Shown: piece by piece, positions 48,296 through 58,718 of the stretch
How the letters are laid out: each line of letters starts with the position of its first letter
How positions within the stretch are numbered: the stretch's first letter is position 1
Source of the DNA: Rhodospirillales bacterium
GTDB lineage: Bacteria > Pseudomonadota > Alphaproteobacteria > Rhodospirillales > UBA2165
Length of the DNA: 64,000 nucleotides
Direction: 5' to 3'
Assembly: GCA_012960465.1 (NCBI GenBank)
Contig: DUBF01000058.1
Span: 33,627 to 97,626, forward strand
Program-made: the position numbers and the translations under genes
Notes under the pieces: generated by a model
What the model saw: the letters and a program-made list of their open reading frames with translations, nothing else
Told to the model about the DNA's origin: nothing
Database searches by the model: none

Positions 48296-48623
48296 AAAGT
48301 ACTCCAATTGTATACAGTTATAGTGGTTATCAGGATCTATGTACTTTATAAAAAACTTTGCTCATTAATTTTCAGAATATAGTTTTAATGATTTTAAGTA
48401 CCAAGATAACTAAAACGAATGAATGTAAATTTATTTACAATGACTAGATGGTGATTTTTTAATATATGTTTTCATTATAAGCTTTTTAGCGAGACTAGCT
48501 ATTGTTCCCACTTATTTTAAAAATTCCCAAACTACTATTATTTATTGATTCCATTATATAATTTTCACTATAAGATGAGTAAACTTCAACTCAAACCATT
48601 AGCACCCCTAGAGTAAACGTAAC

Positions 48624-49727
48624 TTGAATCAGATAAATAAATACCTAATGCGGCAGCTTATTATATCGACCTTCCTCATTGGATTGGTCATGACAGGGGT
48701 TATATGGCTTTTCATTGCAGTACGTGCAGTTGAACATATTGTAAATAGAGGAATATCAGCGAAAATATTCCTACAATTAAGTATACTCCAAATCCCAAAT
48801 TTTATTATCCATATAATTCCTTTTGCAATTTTCATAGCAACTCTTTTCGTCTACAGTCGTCTCAATTCAGATCGCGAGCTTATTGTTCTACGGGCTGCTG
48901 GGGCCAGTCCCATCTCACTTGCAAAACCAGCCCTTGCAATTGCTTTTCTTGCGGTGATCATTGGCTACTGTTTGACACTTTACGTCACACCAAAATCCTA
49001 TCAAGGATTTCGTAATCTCCAATGGGATATCAGATATAGCTTTGCACATGTGCTATTAAAAGAAGGCGTATTTAATTCTATTTCAGATAAAATAACAATT
49101 TTTATAAGAGACAGAAAAGGCCAATCAGAACTACGCGGGATCCTTTATCACGACACCACAAAAATAGACAAGCCAGTAACGATAATTGCTGAACGAGGCG
49201 TGTTAACAAAAGGTACCGAAGGCGCCCGCGTTACCGTATTTGATGGGAACAGACAAGAAATTCAGAAAAAAAATAATAGTTTATCAATTTTATACTTTGA
49301 TAGATACACCCTGGACTTAAGCGCTTTTACGCCAAAACCCAGCAGTCGCTTTCGCGAACCACGAGAACGCATGATTGACGAGTTATTAGAACTAAATATT
49401 CAAGATATCGGAAACCCAAAAGATTTTGGCAAATTTAAGATAGAAGCACATCAGCGTTTAACCATGCCAATTAACACTTTTGTTTTTACTCTTGTTGCAC
49501 TTGTCTGTCTTTTGCTCGGTGATTTTTCCCGGCGCGGGCAAACTAATCGCATCATACTTGCTTCAGTTATTTTTTTCACCCTCTGGGTAGGTAATCTTGG
49601 GATAATTAGCTTCAGCGCAAAAAACCTTCAAATTATACCATTTATATACGCATATACGCTAGCTCCTATTTTAGTCTTGCTATTACTTTTAATTTTGAAC
49701 CCACAGTTTAAAATAAGGAAAGCATAA
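48624..49727 (+). CDS. lptF: LPS export ABC transporter permease LptF
   Basis: 367 aa of the YjgP/YjgQ family with an INKYLMRQL N-terminus, 6 TM helices and a periplasmic beta-jellyroll insert. It is followed without a gap by its paralogue. Confidence 0.85.
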   Translation: MNQINKYLMRQLIISTFLIGLVMTGVIWLFIAVRAVEHIVNRGISAKIFLQLSILQIPNFIIHIIPFAIFIATLFVYSRLNSDRELIVLRAAGASPISLAKPALAIAFLAVIIGYCLTLYVTPKSYQGFRNLQWDIRYSFAHVLLKEGVFNSISDKITIFIRDRKGQSELRGILYHDTTKIDKPVTIIAERGVLTKGTEGARVTVFDGNRQEIQKKNNSLSILYFDRYTLDLSAFTPKPSSRFREPRERMIDELLELNIQDIGNPKDFGKFKIEAHQRLTMPINTFVFTLVALVCLLLGDFSRRGQTNRIILASVIFFTLWVGNLGIISFSAKNLQIIPFIYAYTLAPILVLLLLLILNPQFKIRKA

Positions 49728-50828
49728 ATGCGCTTATCTCTTACACTAACACGTTATATTGCGAAAAACTTCATTCGCAATTTTTTGACTATTTTTATTA
49801 TTTTTCTTACAATTATTTTTCTTATTGATATCGTGGAATTGCTCCGTAGAGCGTCTAGTAATGACAGCATCGGTCTTGGCCTGGTTACAAGAATGGGTCT
49901 TATGAAACTACCTTTTATGGCACAACAAATTTTTCCTTTTGCTGTTTTGTTTGGGGGGATGACAACATTCTGGAGGCTAACCCGCAGCAGCGAGTTGGTC
50001 GTGACTAGGTCGGCGGGTGTGTCTGCTTGGCAATTTTTGTTGCCTGTGATGCTGGTTGCCTTTCTATTAGGCCTTTTTAAAATTTTAGCATTTAATCCTC
50101 TTGCATCGGTAATGCTATCTAAATATGACCGCCTGAATGCAATACATTTTCAAGGACAAAGTGACTTATTGGCGGTATCAAAGAATGGTTTGTGGTTAAG
50201 ACAGTCCAGTGGGAAAAACCAGTCAGTTATCCATGCACCCACCATAACTATAATAAATGATAATATCTTTCTGTCGCGTGTGACAATTTTCATATATGAA
50301 GGTGCTGAAAAATTTGCAATACGGGTTGACGCTGAAAAGGGCAGCCTTGCGGATGGTTTTTGGCATCTTCAGAATGCTACAATTAATGTAAGAGATAAAA
50401 AGCCAAAGTTTACAAAAGAACACTGGATAGAAACGGATATCACATTGAACAAAATTCACGAAAGCTTCTCTCCTCCCGAAACAATGTCATTTTGGGATCT
50501 TCCAGCTTTTATAAATAACCTAGAAAGGTCGGGATTTTCAGCTGTGCGCCATCGGCTTTATTGGAATTCATTATTAGCAGCACCTCTCTTACTTTGCGCT
50601 ATGATTTTAATTGCCGCGACTTTTACACTTAGACAATCGCGACGTGCCAGTGCAACCTATGTCATTGTTGGGGGAGTTTTAACCGGATTTCTCCTATTTT
50701 TTCTCTCCGATGTAGTTTTTGCACTTGGATTACGTGGTAATATTCCAGTTGTGCTGGCTGCTTGGACCCCCTCGGGAATTTCGTTGCTTTTAGGCCTTGC
50801 GATGGTTTTTCACCTGGAAGATGGCTAG
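49728..50828 (+). CDS. lptG: LPS export ABC transporter permease LptG
   Basis: 366 aa YjgP/YjgQ-family paralogue (LTRYIAKNF N-terminus). It abuts lptF (TAA ATG). Confidence 0.85.
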   Translation: MRLSLTLTRYIAKNFIRNFLTIFIIFLTIIFLIDIVELLRRASSNDSIGLGLVTRMGLMKLPFMAQQIFPFAVLFGGMTTFWRLTRSSELVVTRSAGVSAWQFLLPVMLVAFLLGLFKILAFNPLASVMLSKYDRLNAIHFQGQSDLLAVSKNGLWLRQSSGKNQSVIHAPTITIINDNIFLSRVTIFIYEGAEKFAIRVDAEKGSLADGFWHLQNATINVRDKKPKFTKEHWIETDITLNKIHESFSPPETMSFWDLPAFINNLERSGFSAVRHRLYWNSLLAAPLLLCAMILIAATFTLRQSRRASATYVIVGGVLTGFLLFFLSDVVFALGLRGNIPVVLAAWTPSGISLLLGLAMVFHLEDG

Positions 50829-53010
50829 AACTATGCTGGAAAAAATTAAAAATGCTGTCCAGCGTAGTTATATTTATCTGGTCCTCATCCTCTCACTAGT
50901 TATCTCATTTAGCTCGTTTAAGGAGAGCCCTGCCCAGCACATCTCTCAAATAAAAGACAGGCCTATAACTTTCACAGCAGATGAAGTAATCCACGACAAA
51001 GAGCTTGGTATTATGAAAGCTTCAGGAAGCGTTGAAGTATTTAATAACAGACAAGTCTTATTGGCCGATAAAATTTCCTACAACCAACTTCAAGATATGG
51101 TAACTGCCTCAGGAAATGTGAGTCTACTAGATTCAACAGGACACGTACTATTCGCGGAATATATGGAACTTAGTAGTGATTTTAAATCTGCATTTATCCG
51201 AAATATTAAAATTCGTCTATCCGACAACGCCAGAATTGTGGCGAATGAAGCTCGACGTGACGACGGTAACGTCATGAAAATGAGAAATGCTATATATTCG
51301 CCATGTAACACTTGTGCCACTATGCCCGACCAAACCCCATTATGGCAGCTCAAAGCTAAAAAAATTATACATAATCAAAAACAGCAAGAACTTGAATATT
51401 ACGACGTATGGATGGAAATGGCTGGTATACCCGTTATGTATACGCCTTATTTCTGGCATCCAGATCCAACAGTCAAAAGAAAATCGGGATTTCTAGTACC
51501 AAGTACAGGTGGATCGACCTTTTTGGGTACGACCCTTACTACACCCTATTATTATGCAATTTCGCCGAACAAAGACCTCACCATCTCGCCTACCATTACC
51601 ACCGAGGAACGCGTGCTTATGTCGGGAACATACCGCGAACTTTCTAATAATAGCGCTCTAAATTTTGGTGGAAGCCTAACACATGATTCAAATGATGATA
51701 TACGAGGGCATATTAAGGGTACCGCAAAGTTTGATATAGACGAAAAATGGCGGTGGGGTTTTGATTTAAACAGGTCAACCGATGACACCTATTTGCGACG
51801 TTATGGCTTTCCATCCCCACGTTTCCTGACAACTAAAACCTATGCTGAGGGGTTTAGTCGACGAAATTATTTCGCTGCAGAGGCTTACTCTTTTCAAGGT
51901 ACTGCAATTGAAGACGATCCGGGACAATCGCCTTTAATTTTACCGTTGATAACATACAACCGCCAAAGCGCGATTGGAAGATTGGGCTCAAGCACCACCT
52001 TTAACGCTAACTCAATTGTGATGACACGAAAAGATGGCAACGATACGCGTCGTATTTCAGCCGATATTGGCTGGCACTTACCTCTCATCGGAAAGCGCGG
52101 TGATATTACTAAATTTTCATTTACTACGAGAGGTGATCTATACCACGTCAGCAATCTAAGCCTAAACGACAACCTAAACAAATACAGCGGTTTTTCTAGC
52201 CGCATTCGACCCCAACTTAAAGCCAACTGGCGTCTTCCTTTAGCCCGCCAACATGGTATGGTTAGTCAGACACTTGAACCAATAGCCTCCGCCATAATTA
52301 GCCCCTACGGTGGGAACTCACCGAAAATACCAAATGACGATAGTGTCAACCTGGAGTTTGATGATACTAACTTATTTAGTGACAATATATTTACCGGATA
52401 CGATAGGGTTGAAGGAGGAGCACGCATTAAATATGGACTAAAATGGGGTTTGGTTGGCTTGGGAGGGGGACACACAACGATTTTTGTAGGTCAACGCTAC
52501 CGTCCAAAAGACGATGATACATATGCTTTAGGGTCTGGGTTAGAAGGGCACTTATCAGACTTTGTCGGACGGGTGAGCGTATCACCAGGAATTCACCTCA
52601 ATCTAATGTACCGTACGCGTATAGATAAGGATAATTTTTCATTTAAGCGCAATGAATTAGAGATCGGAACCGGTCCACCTGCTCTCAGGATTGCTGCAAA
52701 TTACATATTCTTTGACGCTCAAAATGATGCTGATTTTCCAGGGCGCGAGGAAATATCGGGCAGTATTTCAACTAAACTAAATCGGTTCTGGCGCTCTAGA
52801 ATCGCAAGCCGCTACGATTTAGAAGGTAACGGTGATTTGCGAAATTTAAACTTAAACTTAACCTATGATTGTGAATGCTTTACCCTTAGCACTACTATCA
52901 ACAGGCAATTTTATAAAGACCGGGATTTGAAGCCAAACGATAGTATTTTGTTTAAACTCACCTTCAAAACTTTAGGGGATATACGGACTGGCCTCGACAG
53001 CAATAACTAA
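50821..53010 (+). CDS. lptD: LPS-assembly outer-membrane protein LptD
   Basis: Signal peptide, OstA N-terminal domain (ITFTADEV...GNVSL) and a large C-terminal beta-barrel. The start at 50821 overlaps the lptG stop (ATGGCTAG). It is followed by surA-pdxA-rsmA, as in E. coli. Confidence 0.9.
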   Translation: MARTMLEKIKNAVQRSYIYLVLILSLVISFSSFKESPAQHISQIKDRPITFTADEVIHDKELGIMKASGSVEVFNNRQVLLADKISYNQLQDMVTASGNVSLLDSTGHVLFAEYMELSSDFKSAFIRNIKIRLSDNARIVANEARRDDGNVMKMRNAIYSPCNTCATMPDQTPLWQLKAKKIIHNQKQQELEYYDVWMEMAGIPVMYTPYFWHPDPTVKRKSGFLVPSTGGSTFLGTTLTTPYYYAISPNKDLTISPTITTEERVLMSGTYRELSNNSALNFGGSLTHDSNDDIRGHIKGTAKFDIDEKWRWGFDLNRSTDDTYLRRYGFPSPRFLTTKTYAEGFSRRNYFAAEAYSFQGTAIEDDPGQSPLILPLITYNRQSAIGRLGSSTTFNANSIVMTRKDGNDTRRISADIGWHLPLIGKRGDITKFSFTTRGDLYHVSNLSLNDNLNKYSGFSSRIRPQLKANWRLPLARQHGMVSQTLEPIASAIISPYGGNSPKIPNDDSVNLEFDDTNLFSDNIFTGYDRVEGGARIKYGLKWGLVGLGGGHTTIFVGQRYRPKDDDTYALGSGLEGHLSDFVGRVSVSPGIHLNLMYRTRIDKDNFSFKRNELEIGTGPPALRIAANYIFFDAQNDADFPGREEISGSISTKLNRFWRSRIASRYDLEGNGDLRNLNLNLTYDCECFTLSTTINRQFYKDRDLKPNDSILFKLTFKTLGDIRTGLDSNN

Positions 53011-53046
53011 TACAGTTTCGGAGACCGCAGGAGTGTAGCCTATCTC

Positions 53047-54378
53047 ATGATAACAAAATTTAAAAAATTGTTCATTACTTGTAATGAAAGACACATTTCA
53101 CCGAGAATAAAATTGCTTTTAACAACAATATTATTTTTGGCCATGATTACTCCACTAATTTCTCTCTCAGCTCAAACGTCTAATACTAAGCGTCAGGGTA
53201 TTGTCGCCGTAGTTAATAACGAAATTATTTCTAAATACGATTTTATAAATCGCGTTAAACTCGTTATTTTTTTATCCAAGCTACCTAACGACAAAAAGAC
53301 TATTAAACGAATTTCTTCACAGATTTTGCATGGATTAATAAACGATAAACTCAAATTACAAGAGGCAAGAAAACTAGGCATCAACGTTAAACAAACCGAA
53401 TTAAAAGCTGCTATAACCGAAATAGAAAAAATGAATGGTTTGGCTGAAGGCAGAATGCGAGTATTAATGAAAAAAAAAGGGATTAACTTTAGCTCATTCC
53501 AACTACAAGTTGAGGCCCAAACAGCATGGAGCAAAGCAGTTGTTAAACAAGTTTTGTCGGCAAATAGGATCAGCGATGAAGCCGTGGACGAAGCTATTGC
53601 TACAATTGAGTTAAATAAAGGAAAACCTGAATATAACGTTGCAGAAATATTCATCCCGTTTGAAGCCGGAAAATCAACAGAAAAAGCTCGTCAAATTGCT
53701 ATGCGTTTGTACTCCCAAATACAACAGGGAGCTAACTTTTCTGCATTGGCCCGCGCTTTCTCGCAAAGTGCATCTGCAGGCAAGGGTGGTAATTTAGGTT
53801 GGATACGGAATGAACAAATTGAACAAAATTTATCAAACATAATGACCAAAATGAGAAAAAATTCTACTTCAGAACCGATGAAGGGAGAGAGCGGTTATTA
53901 TGTTTTGAACCTCATTGATAAACGAAAATCGTTGGGAGTTTCAACTGAAAAAATAAAAATTACGCTCGAACAACTATTTCTACCATTACGAATAAACTCT
54001 TCAGAAAATGAAACCAAAGTTATTACAGAGCAAGCAGAGGATATTTCTTCAAGTATAAAGACTTGCTCAGCTTTAAATCAAAAAGGTAAGGAGCTTGGAT
54101 CACGACAATCCGGCACGCTTGAGGTTAACGATATCACACAACTCCCAACGAATATTAGAACTATAGTTCAAAAAAACGATTTATTCAAAGCTAGCAAGCC
54201 AATTAGAACCGGTTCTGGAATTTTGATAATTATGGTCTGTAAAAGAAGTGGTGGTGGCACTTTGAAAAATATAAGAGCCAAGATTAAGAGTATGCTACTC
54301 CAGAAACGAGCAGTTTTAACCGATCGAAGCATGTTACGAAACATTAGACGCACTGCGTTCTTGGATATTAGGCAATGA
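53047..54378 (+). CDS. surA: periplasmic chaperone / peptidyl-prolyl isomerase SurA
   Basis: Signal peptide, SurA N-terminal domain (IVAVVNNEIISKYD) and a parvulin-like domain (GGNLGW). The lptD-surA-pdxA context supports the call. Confidence 0.85.
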   Translation: MITKFKKLFITCNERHISPRIKLLLTTILFLAMITPLISLSAQTSNTKRQGIVAVVNNEIISKYDFINRVKLVIFLSKLPNDKKTIKRISSQILHGLINDKLKLQEARKLGINVKQTELKAAITEIEKMNGLAEGRMRVLMKKKGINFSSFQLQVEAQTAWSKAVVKQVLSANRISDEAVDEAIATIELNKGKPEYNVAEIFIPFEAGKSTEKARQIAMRLYSQIQQGANFSALARAFSQSASAGKGGNLGWIRNEQIEQNLSNIMTKMRKNSTSEPMKGESGYYVLNLIDKRKSLGVSTEKIKITLEQLFLPLRINSSENETKVITEQAEDISSSIKTCSALNQKGKELGSRQSGTLEVNDITQLPTNIRTIVQKNDLFKASKPIRTGSGILIIMVCKRSGGGTLKNIRAKIKSMLLQKRAVLTDRSMLRNIRRTAFLDIRQ

Positions 54379-55391
54379 TACAATCAGATCTCCCCACAAT
54401 TTTAACTATGGGTGAACCAAGTGGTATAGGAGGCGAAATTGCTTTAAAAGCATGGCTTGCGGGTCACAACGAACTCTCTCCATTCTGTATAATTGACTCG
54501 CCCGCTAGGCTAAAGAAAATTAGCACGTCTCTGAAATTAAATGCAAGTATCACTGAAATTTCAGATATAGAACAAGCAGCTGGTGTATTTAATAAATCTT
54601 TGCCAGTTTTGCCTATAGATTTGCCTGAGGATGCAATTCCGGGAAAACTAAATACTTTGAATAGTCCTGCCGTCATATCGGCAATTAAACAGGCTGTAAT
54701 GTTGGTTCAAACAGGCCGCGCAAATGCCATAGTCACAAATCCTATTCATAAAAAATTTCTACAACAATCCGGCTTTTTCCACCCTGGACACACTGAATAT
54801 TTAGCATCATTGGCCAATATTGAAACTGAACCCGTGATGATGTTGGTATCAGAACGCTTACGCGTTATTCCAGTGACACGTCATGTTGGAATACAAGAAG
54901 CTGTAAATAAACTTACTTCTGCACTCATAATTGAGACCGCGGTCATTGCCGACAAAGCATTACGACAGGATTTTGGTATTTCCAATCCTAGAATTGCAAT
55001 CGCGGCACTAAACCCTCACGCCGGTGAAGGGGGAATGATGGGTAATGAGGAAAAAATTCACATCGAACCCGCCATACAAATACTGGAAAACCAGGGGTTG
55101 TCAGTAACTGGTCCCAAACCACCAGACACATTGTTCCACCGGCAAGCCCGAGCAACTTATGATGTTGTGCTATGCATGTATCATGATCAAGCCCTCATAC
55201 CAATAAAGACATTAGACTTTGAAACAGCTGTAAATGTAACTCTCGGTTTACCTTTTATCCGAACATCACCGGATCACGGGACTGCACTCAATATTGCTGG
55301 CAAAGGTTATGCAAATGAACAAAGCTTAATTTCCGCTCTTAAAATTGCCAGCAAAATGGTGTATAATAGATCAACAAACACTTCTACATAA
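54375..55391 (+). CDS. pdxA: 4-hydroxythreonine-4-phosphate dehydrogenase
   Basis: Contains GEPSGIGGEI, HPGHTEYLA, NPHAGEGG, YHDQALIP and RTSPDHGTA. Confidence 0.95.
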   Translation: MIQSDLPTILTMGEPSGIGGEIALKAWLAGHNELSPFCIIDSPARLKKISTSLKLNASITEISDIEQAAGVFNKSLPVLPIDLPEDAIPGKLNTLNSPAVISAIKQAVMLVQTGRANAIVTNPIHKKFLQQSGFFHPGHTEYLASLANIETEPVMMLVSERLRVIPVTRHVGIQEAVNKLTSALIIETAVIADKALRQDFGISNPRIAIAALNPHAGEGGMMGNEEKIHIEPAIQILENQGLSVTGPKPPDTLFHRQARATYDVVLCMYHDQALIPIKTLDFETAVNVTLGLPFIRTSPDHGTALNIAGKGYANEQSLISALKIASKMVYNRSTNTST

Positions 55392-56233
55392 TGATCAAGC
55401 AAAATAAACTATTGCCTTTGCCCGAAATTCTTGAGCATTTTAAATTAAGTGCTAAGAAATCTCTTGGTCAGCACTTTATACTTGACCAAAATCTAACGGA
55501 CCGGATCGCTAGGGTGGCAAGTGTTTCTACGAATGATCTATCAGGCTTTACAGCAATCGAAATTGGGCCAGGCCCTGGCGGGTTAACCCGATCAATCTTA
55601 AAGCAAAAACCCAGGCACCTCTACGTGATAGAGCGTGACCGGAGATGTGTCGAAGCTTTAGACATATTACGTCAGATATATACTAATAGATTGACCATTA
55701 TAACTGGTGACGCGCGCACACTTAGCGTCTCTAATATCGGACAGGCACCACGCCGAATTATCGCAAACCTTCCCTACAATATTTCAACAGTACTATTAAT
55801 AAACTGGTTACGGCAGGCTGAAAATATTGACCAAATGACATTAATGTTTCAATCAGAGGTCGTTGATAGAATAATAGCAAAGCCATCAAGCAAAGCTTAT
55901 GGCAGACTGAGTGTTATTACCCAATGGCTTTGTGAGCCTAAATTAGAGTTCCATATAGACAAACGCGCTTTCGTTCCGCCTCCTAAGGTAAACTCCAGCC
56001 TACTCACTTTAAAAACTCGATCCTTTCCGCTTTATCCTGCCAAATTCAAATATTTAGAAAAAATAACAGCGACGGCCTTTGGACAACGGCGAAAGATGTT
56101 ACGTTCTTCACTTAAACCATTAGATATTGATATTACCGCTCTTGGCATCGATCAAACGGCACGGGCTGAGAACTTGTCAATCGAGGAGTTTTGCCTATTA
56201 GCTCAAGTCATAGAAAGACGATCTTTCGATTAG
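55391..56233 (+). CDS. rsmA: 16S rRNA (adenine1518/1519-N6)-dimethyltransferase
   Basis: Contains LGQHFILD, EIGPGPGGLT, the NLPYNIST motif and FVPPPKV. Confidence 0.95.
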   Translation: MIKQNKLLPLPEILEHFKLSAKKSLGQHFILDQNLTDRIARVASVSTNDLSGFTAIEIGPGPGGLTRSILKQKPRHLYVIERDRRCVEALDILRQIYTNRLTIITGDARTLSVSNIGQAPRRIIANLPYNISTVLLINWLRQAENIDQMTLMFQSEVVDRIIAKPSSKAYGRLSVITQWLCEPKLEFHIDKRAFVPPPKVNSSLLTLKTRSFPLYPAKFKYLEKITATAFGQRRKMLRSSLKPLDIDITALGIDQTARAENLSIEEFCLLAQVIERRSFD

Positions 56234-56234
56234 C

Positions 56235-56915
56235 TTAACTGGACGTCCTCAAATTTTGAACAAACTCATGTAAACCGATTTGACGCTCAATACAAATACG
56301 CTCTGCTACCAGAATTTTTTCTATACATTTTACACTTGCCTCAATGTCGTCATTTACAATAACGTATTTATATTCTCGATAGTGGCTCATTTCATCAGCT
56401 GCTTTAGACATACGCTGTTGCACTATCTCTTCAGGATCTTGGGCCCGCGCTCGGAGTCGATTTTCAAGCTCTATCGTATTAGGAGGTAAGATAAATACAC
56501 TTACTAAGTCTTTTTTTGCATTTTCATTATCCGCCAGTTGTTGTGTACCCTGCCAGTCAATATCAAATAAAATATCCTGTCCATTTAATAATGCGTCTTC
56601 GACTGGTTGTTTTGGCGTACCATAAAAATTACCAAAAACATTTGCATACTCAAGCAACTGACCACGGTTAATCATCAGTTTGAATTTTTTCTCGTCGACA
56701 AAATAATAATCCTCGCCATCTACTTCACTTGGCCGCATTGGGCGGGTCGTTACAGAAATAGACATTGTCAAATTCAAATCATGTTTTAGTATCGCACGTG
56801 AAATCGTCGTCTTTCCAGCACCCGAAGGAGAAGATAAAACGAGCATCAGACCACGTCGCAAAAAAGGAACATTATCCCTATTCAATATTTTGTACCTGTT
56901 CACGATATTGTTCAA
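56235..56915 (-). CDS. gmk: guanylate kinase
   Basis: Contains RRGLMLVLSSPSGAGKTT, TTRPMRPSEVDG.DY.F and DIDWQG. The start is ambiguous (TTG 56915, GTG 56903, TTG 56885) and overlaps the yicC stop. Confidence 0.93.
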   Translation of the reverse strand: MNNIVNRYKILNRDNVPFLRRGLMLVLSSPSGAGKTTISRAILKHDLNLTMSISVTTRPMRPSEVDGEDYYFVDEKKFKLMINRGQLLEYANVFGNFYGTPKQPVEDALLNGQDILFDIDWQGTQQLADNENAKKDLVSVFILPPNTIELENRLRARAQDPEEIVQQRMSKAADEMSHYREYKYVIVNDDIEASVKCIEKILVAERICIERQIGLHEFVQNLRTSS

Positions 56916-57795
56916 TTATAGCTTTTAACTCGAGACCTATTTTAGATAAACCTATATCAGAAGCTTTCGAACAAAGCGTGTTTACCTCTCTATTAAATTC
57001 CTGACACAGAAAGTCGAGCTTTCTACCAATAATACCACCTTTCTCCATCAGCGCTTTAGCAGATTCGACGTGAGCTTTCAATCTATCCAACTCCTCTCGA
57101 ACATCTGCTTTGATCATATATATAGCAGCTTCTTGTGCTAACCGCTCTTCTGGTAAACGCGGAACTGCCTCTAACAACTCTTCAATATTTTGATTAAGTC
57201 TTTTTTGAATATTGGCAGGCTGCAGGGCTGCAGTTTTCTCAGCCTGGTCACAAAGATCATTTATGCGTTTCAACTGACCAAATAAAATCGTACCAATTCG
57301 GGCCCCTTCTTCGATTCGATTTTGAACTAAGGAAGCGAGGACCGCTTCAAGGCTTTTAAGTATTTCTTTTTCGCGACTCATATGATCTGTGCTGTCTTCA
57401 TCCTTCGAAACAGGCTCAATAACACCGCGAACAGCGAACAATCCATCAAGACTGGGATTCTCAAATCCCTTTAAGTTAGTTTGCAACTCTTTCGTCGTCT
57501 CAATAAGTTGATTAAGCAAAGTACGGTTTATCTTATATTTGTTTTGATCTGGAGTTTCTTGAATAGTCAGATTTAAATTAAAATTACCCCGTTTAAACGC
57601 CTTCCCCATGGCCAACCTTGCTGTAGTTTCCAATATTTCATATCCTTGCGGTAAGCGACACCTAAGATCCATGCCTTTTCCATTTACACTCTTAACTTCC
57701 CAAGTCCAGCTAAATCCGTTCATACTCCCAAGACTAGTGGCAAATCCGGTCATGCTAGCGATTTGAGATAAAGTCGTTTTGTTTTTATTATTCAT
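56878..57795 (-). CDS. yicC: YicC/YloC family stress-induced endoribonuclease
   Basis: Has the SMTGFA N-terminus and the C-terminal FLCQEFNREVNT.CSKA and EQ.REQVQNIE motifs. Start trimmed to the ATG at 57795. Confidence 0.85.
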   Translation of the reverse strand: MNNKNKTTLSQIASMTGFATSLGSMNGFSWTWEVKSVNGKGMDLRCRLPQGYEILETTARLAMGKAFKRGNFNLNLTIQETPDQNKYKINRTLLNQLIETTKELQTNLKGFENPSLDGLFAVRGVIEPVSKDEDSTDHMSREKEILKSLEAVLASLVQNRIEEGARIGTILFGQLKRINDLCDQAEKTAALQPANIQKRLNQNIEELLEAVPRLPEERLAQEAAIYMIKADVREELDRLKAHVESAKALMEKGGIIGRKLDFLCQEFNREVNTLCSKASDIGLSKIGLELKAIIEQYREQVQNIE

Positions 57796-57893
57796 GTGCA
57801 TTAAATAGCACATTCTTTTCAATATGCCATTGTAAAATATACGGTAAAGTGATGAAACTAGCATTCCAATAATTCAACCTCGAAAGGAACCAT

Positions 57894-58655
57894 GTGAGCA
57901 AGTTTCGCTCTATTTTAATTACCGGAGCATCCAGTGGTATTGGAAGAGCTTTAGCAAAAGGTTTAGCTGGACCTGGGATTTTCTTAGCAATTTCTGGGCG
58001 CACGGCATCCGATTTACATAAAGTATCAAAACAATGCCAGGCTAGAGGTGCGGCCGTTATAGAAAAAATAGTTGATGTCACTGATCAGTCTGCTATGAAA
58101 AATTGGATTGAAGAGATCGATGACACGCAACCATTAGATCTTGTCATTGCCAATGCCGGTGTCTCAACAAGCACCTCCGGCGAGGTCGAAAAATCATTAC
58201 AACAGCGCCGTATGCTTGATATCAATGTATTTGGCGTTTTAAATACGATTGAGCCTATTTTGCCAAGAATGGCTATACGACAAACAGGATCGATAGCTCT
58301 AATGAGTTCTCTTGCTGGATTTAATGGCATGCCAAGTGCACCCGGATATAGTGCTAGTAAAGCTTGGGTGAGGTCATATGGTGAAGGGCTCCGCGGCAAA
58401 TTTTTGTCGGAGGGTATTAGAATATCCGTTGTTTGTCCGGGGTTCGTTAAAAGCCGGATCACCCAACAAAATACATTCACCATGCCCTTTCTAATGGATG
58501 CTCAATTAGCTGCAAATATAATTCTTAAAGGATTAGAAAAAGACAAAGTACGAATAGCCTTCCCACTATCATTATATGCGGCTATTTTATTTTTATCAGT
58601 ACTTCCATCTCGATTGACTAACAGGCTTGTTAGCTACTTTCCAAGAAAAGAATGA
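57894..58655 (+). CDS. SDR family oxidoreductase
   Basis: Contains the ITGASSGIGRALA cofactor motif, NAGV, and the YSASK catalytic motif. It uses a GTG start with AAGGA upstream. Confidence 0.85.
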   Translation: MSKFRSILITGASSGIGRALAKGLAGPGIFLAISGRTASDLHKVSKQCQARGAAVIEKIVDVTDQSAMKNWIEEIDDTQPLDLVIANAGVSTSTSGEVEKSLQQRRMLDINVFGVLNTIEPILPRMAIRQTGSIALMSSLAGFNGMPSAPGYSASKAWVRSYGEGLRGKFLSEGIRISVVCPGFVKSRITQQNTFTMPFLMDAQLAANIILKGLEKDKVRIAFPLSLYAAILFLSVLPSRLTNRLVSYFPRKE

Positions 58656-58718
58656 ATTATATTCCATTTGATCTAACCAGTTGAGTTAAAAAAATAAACC
58701 ATCATCTACTTATTAGCC

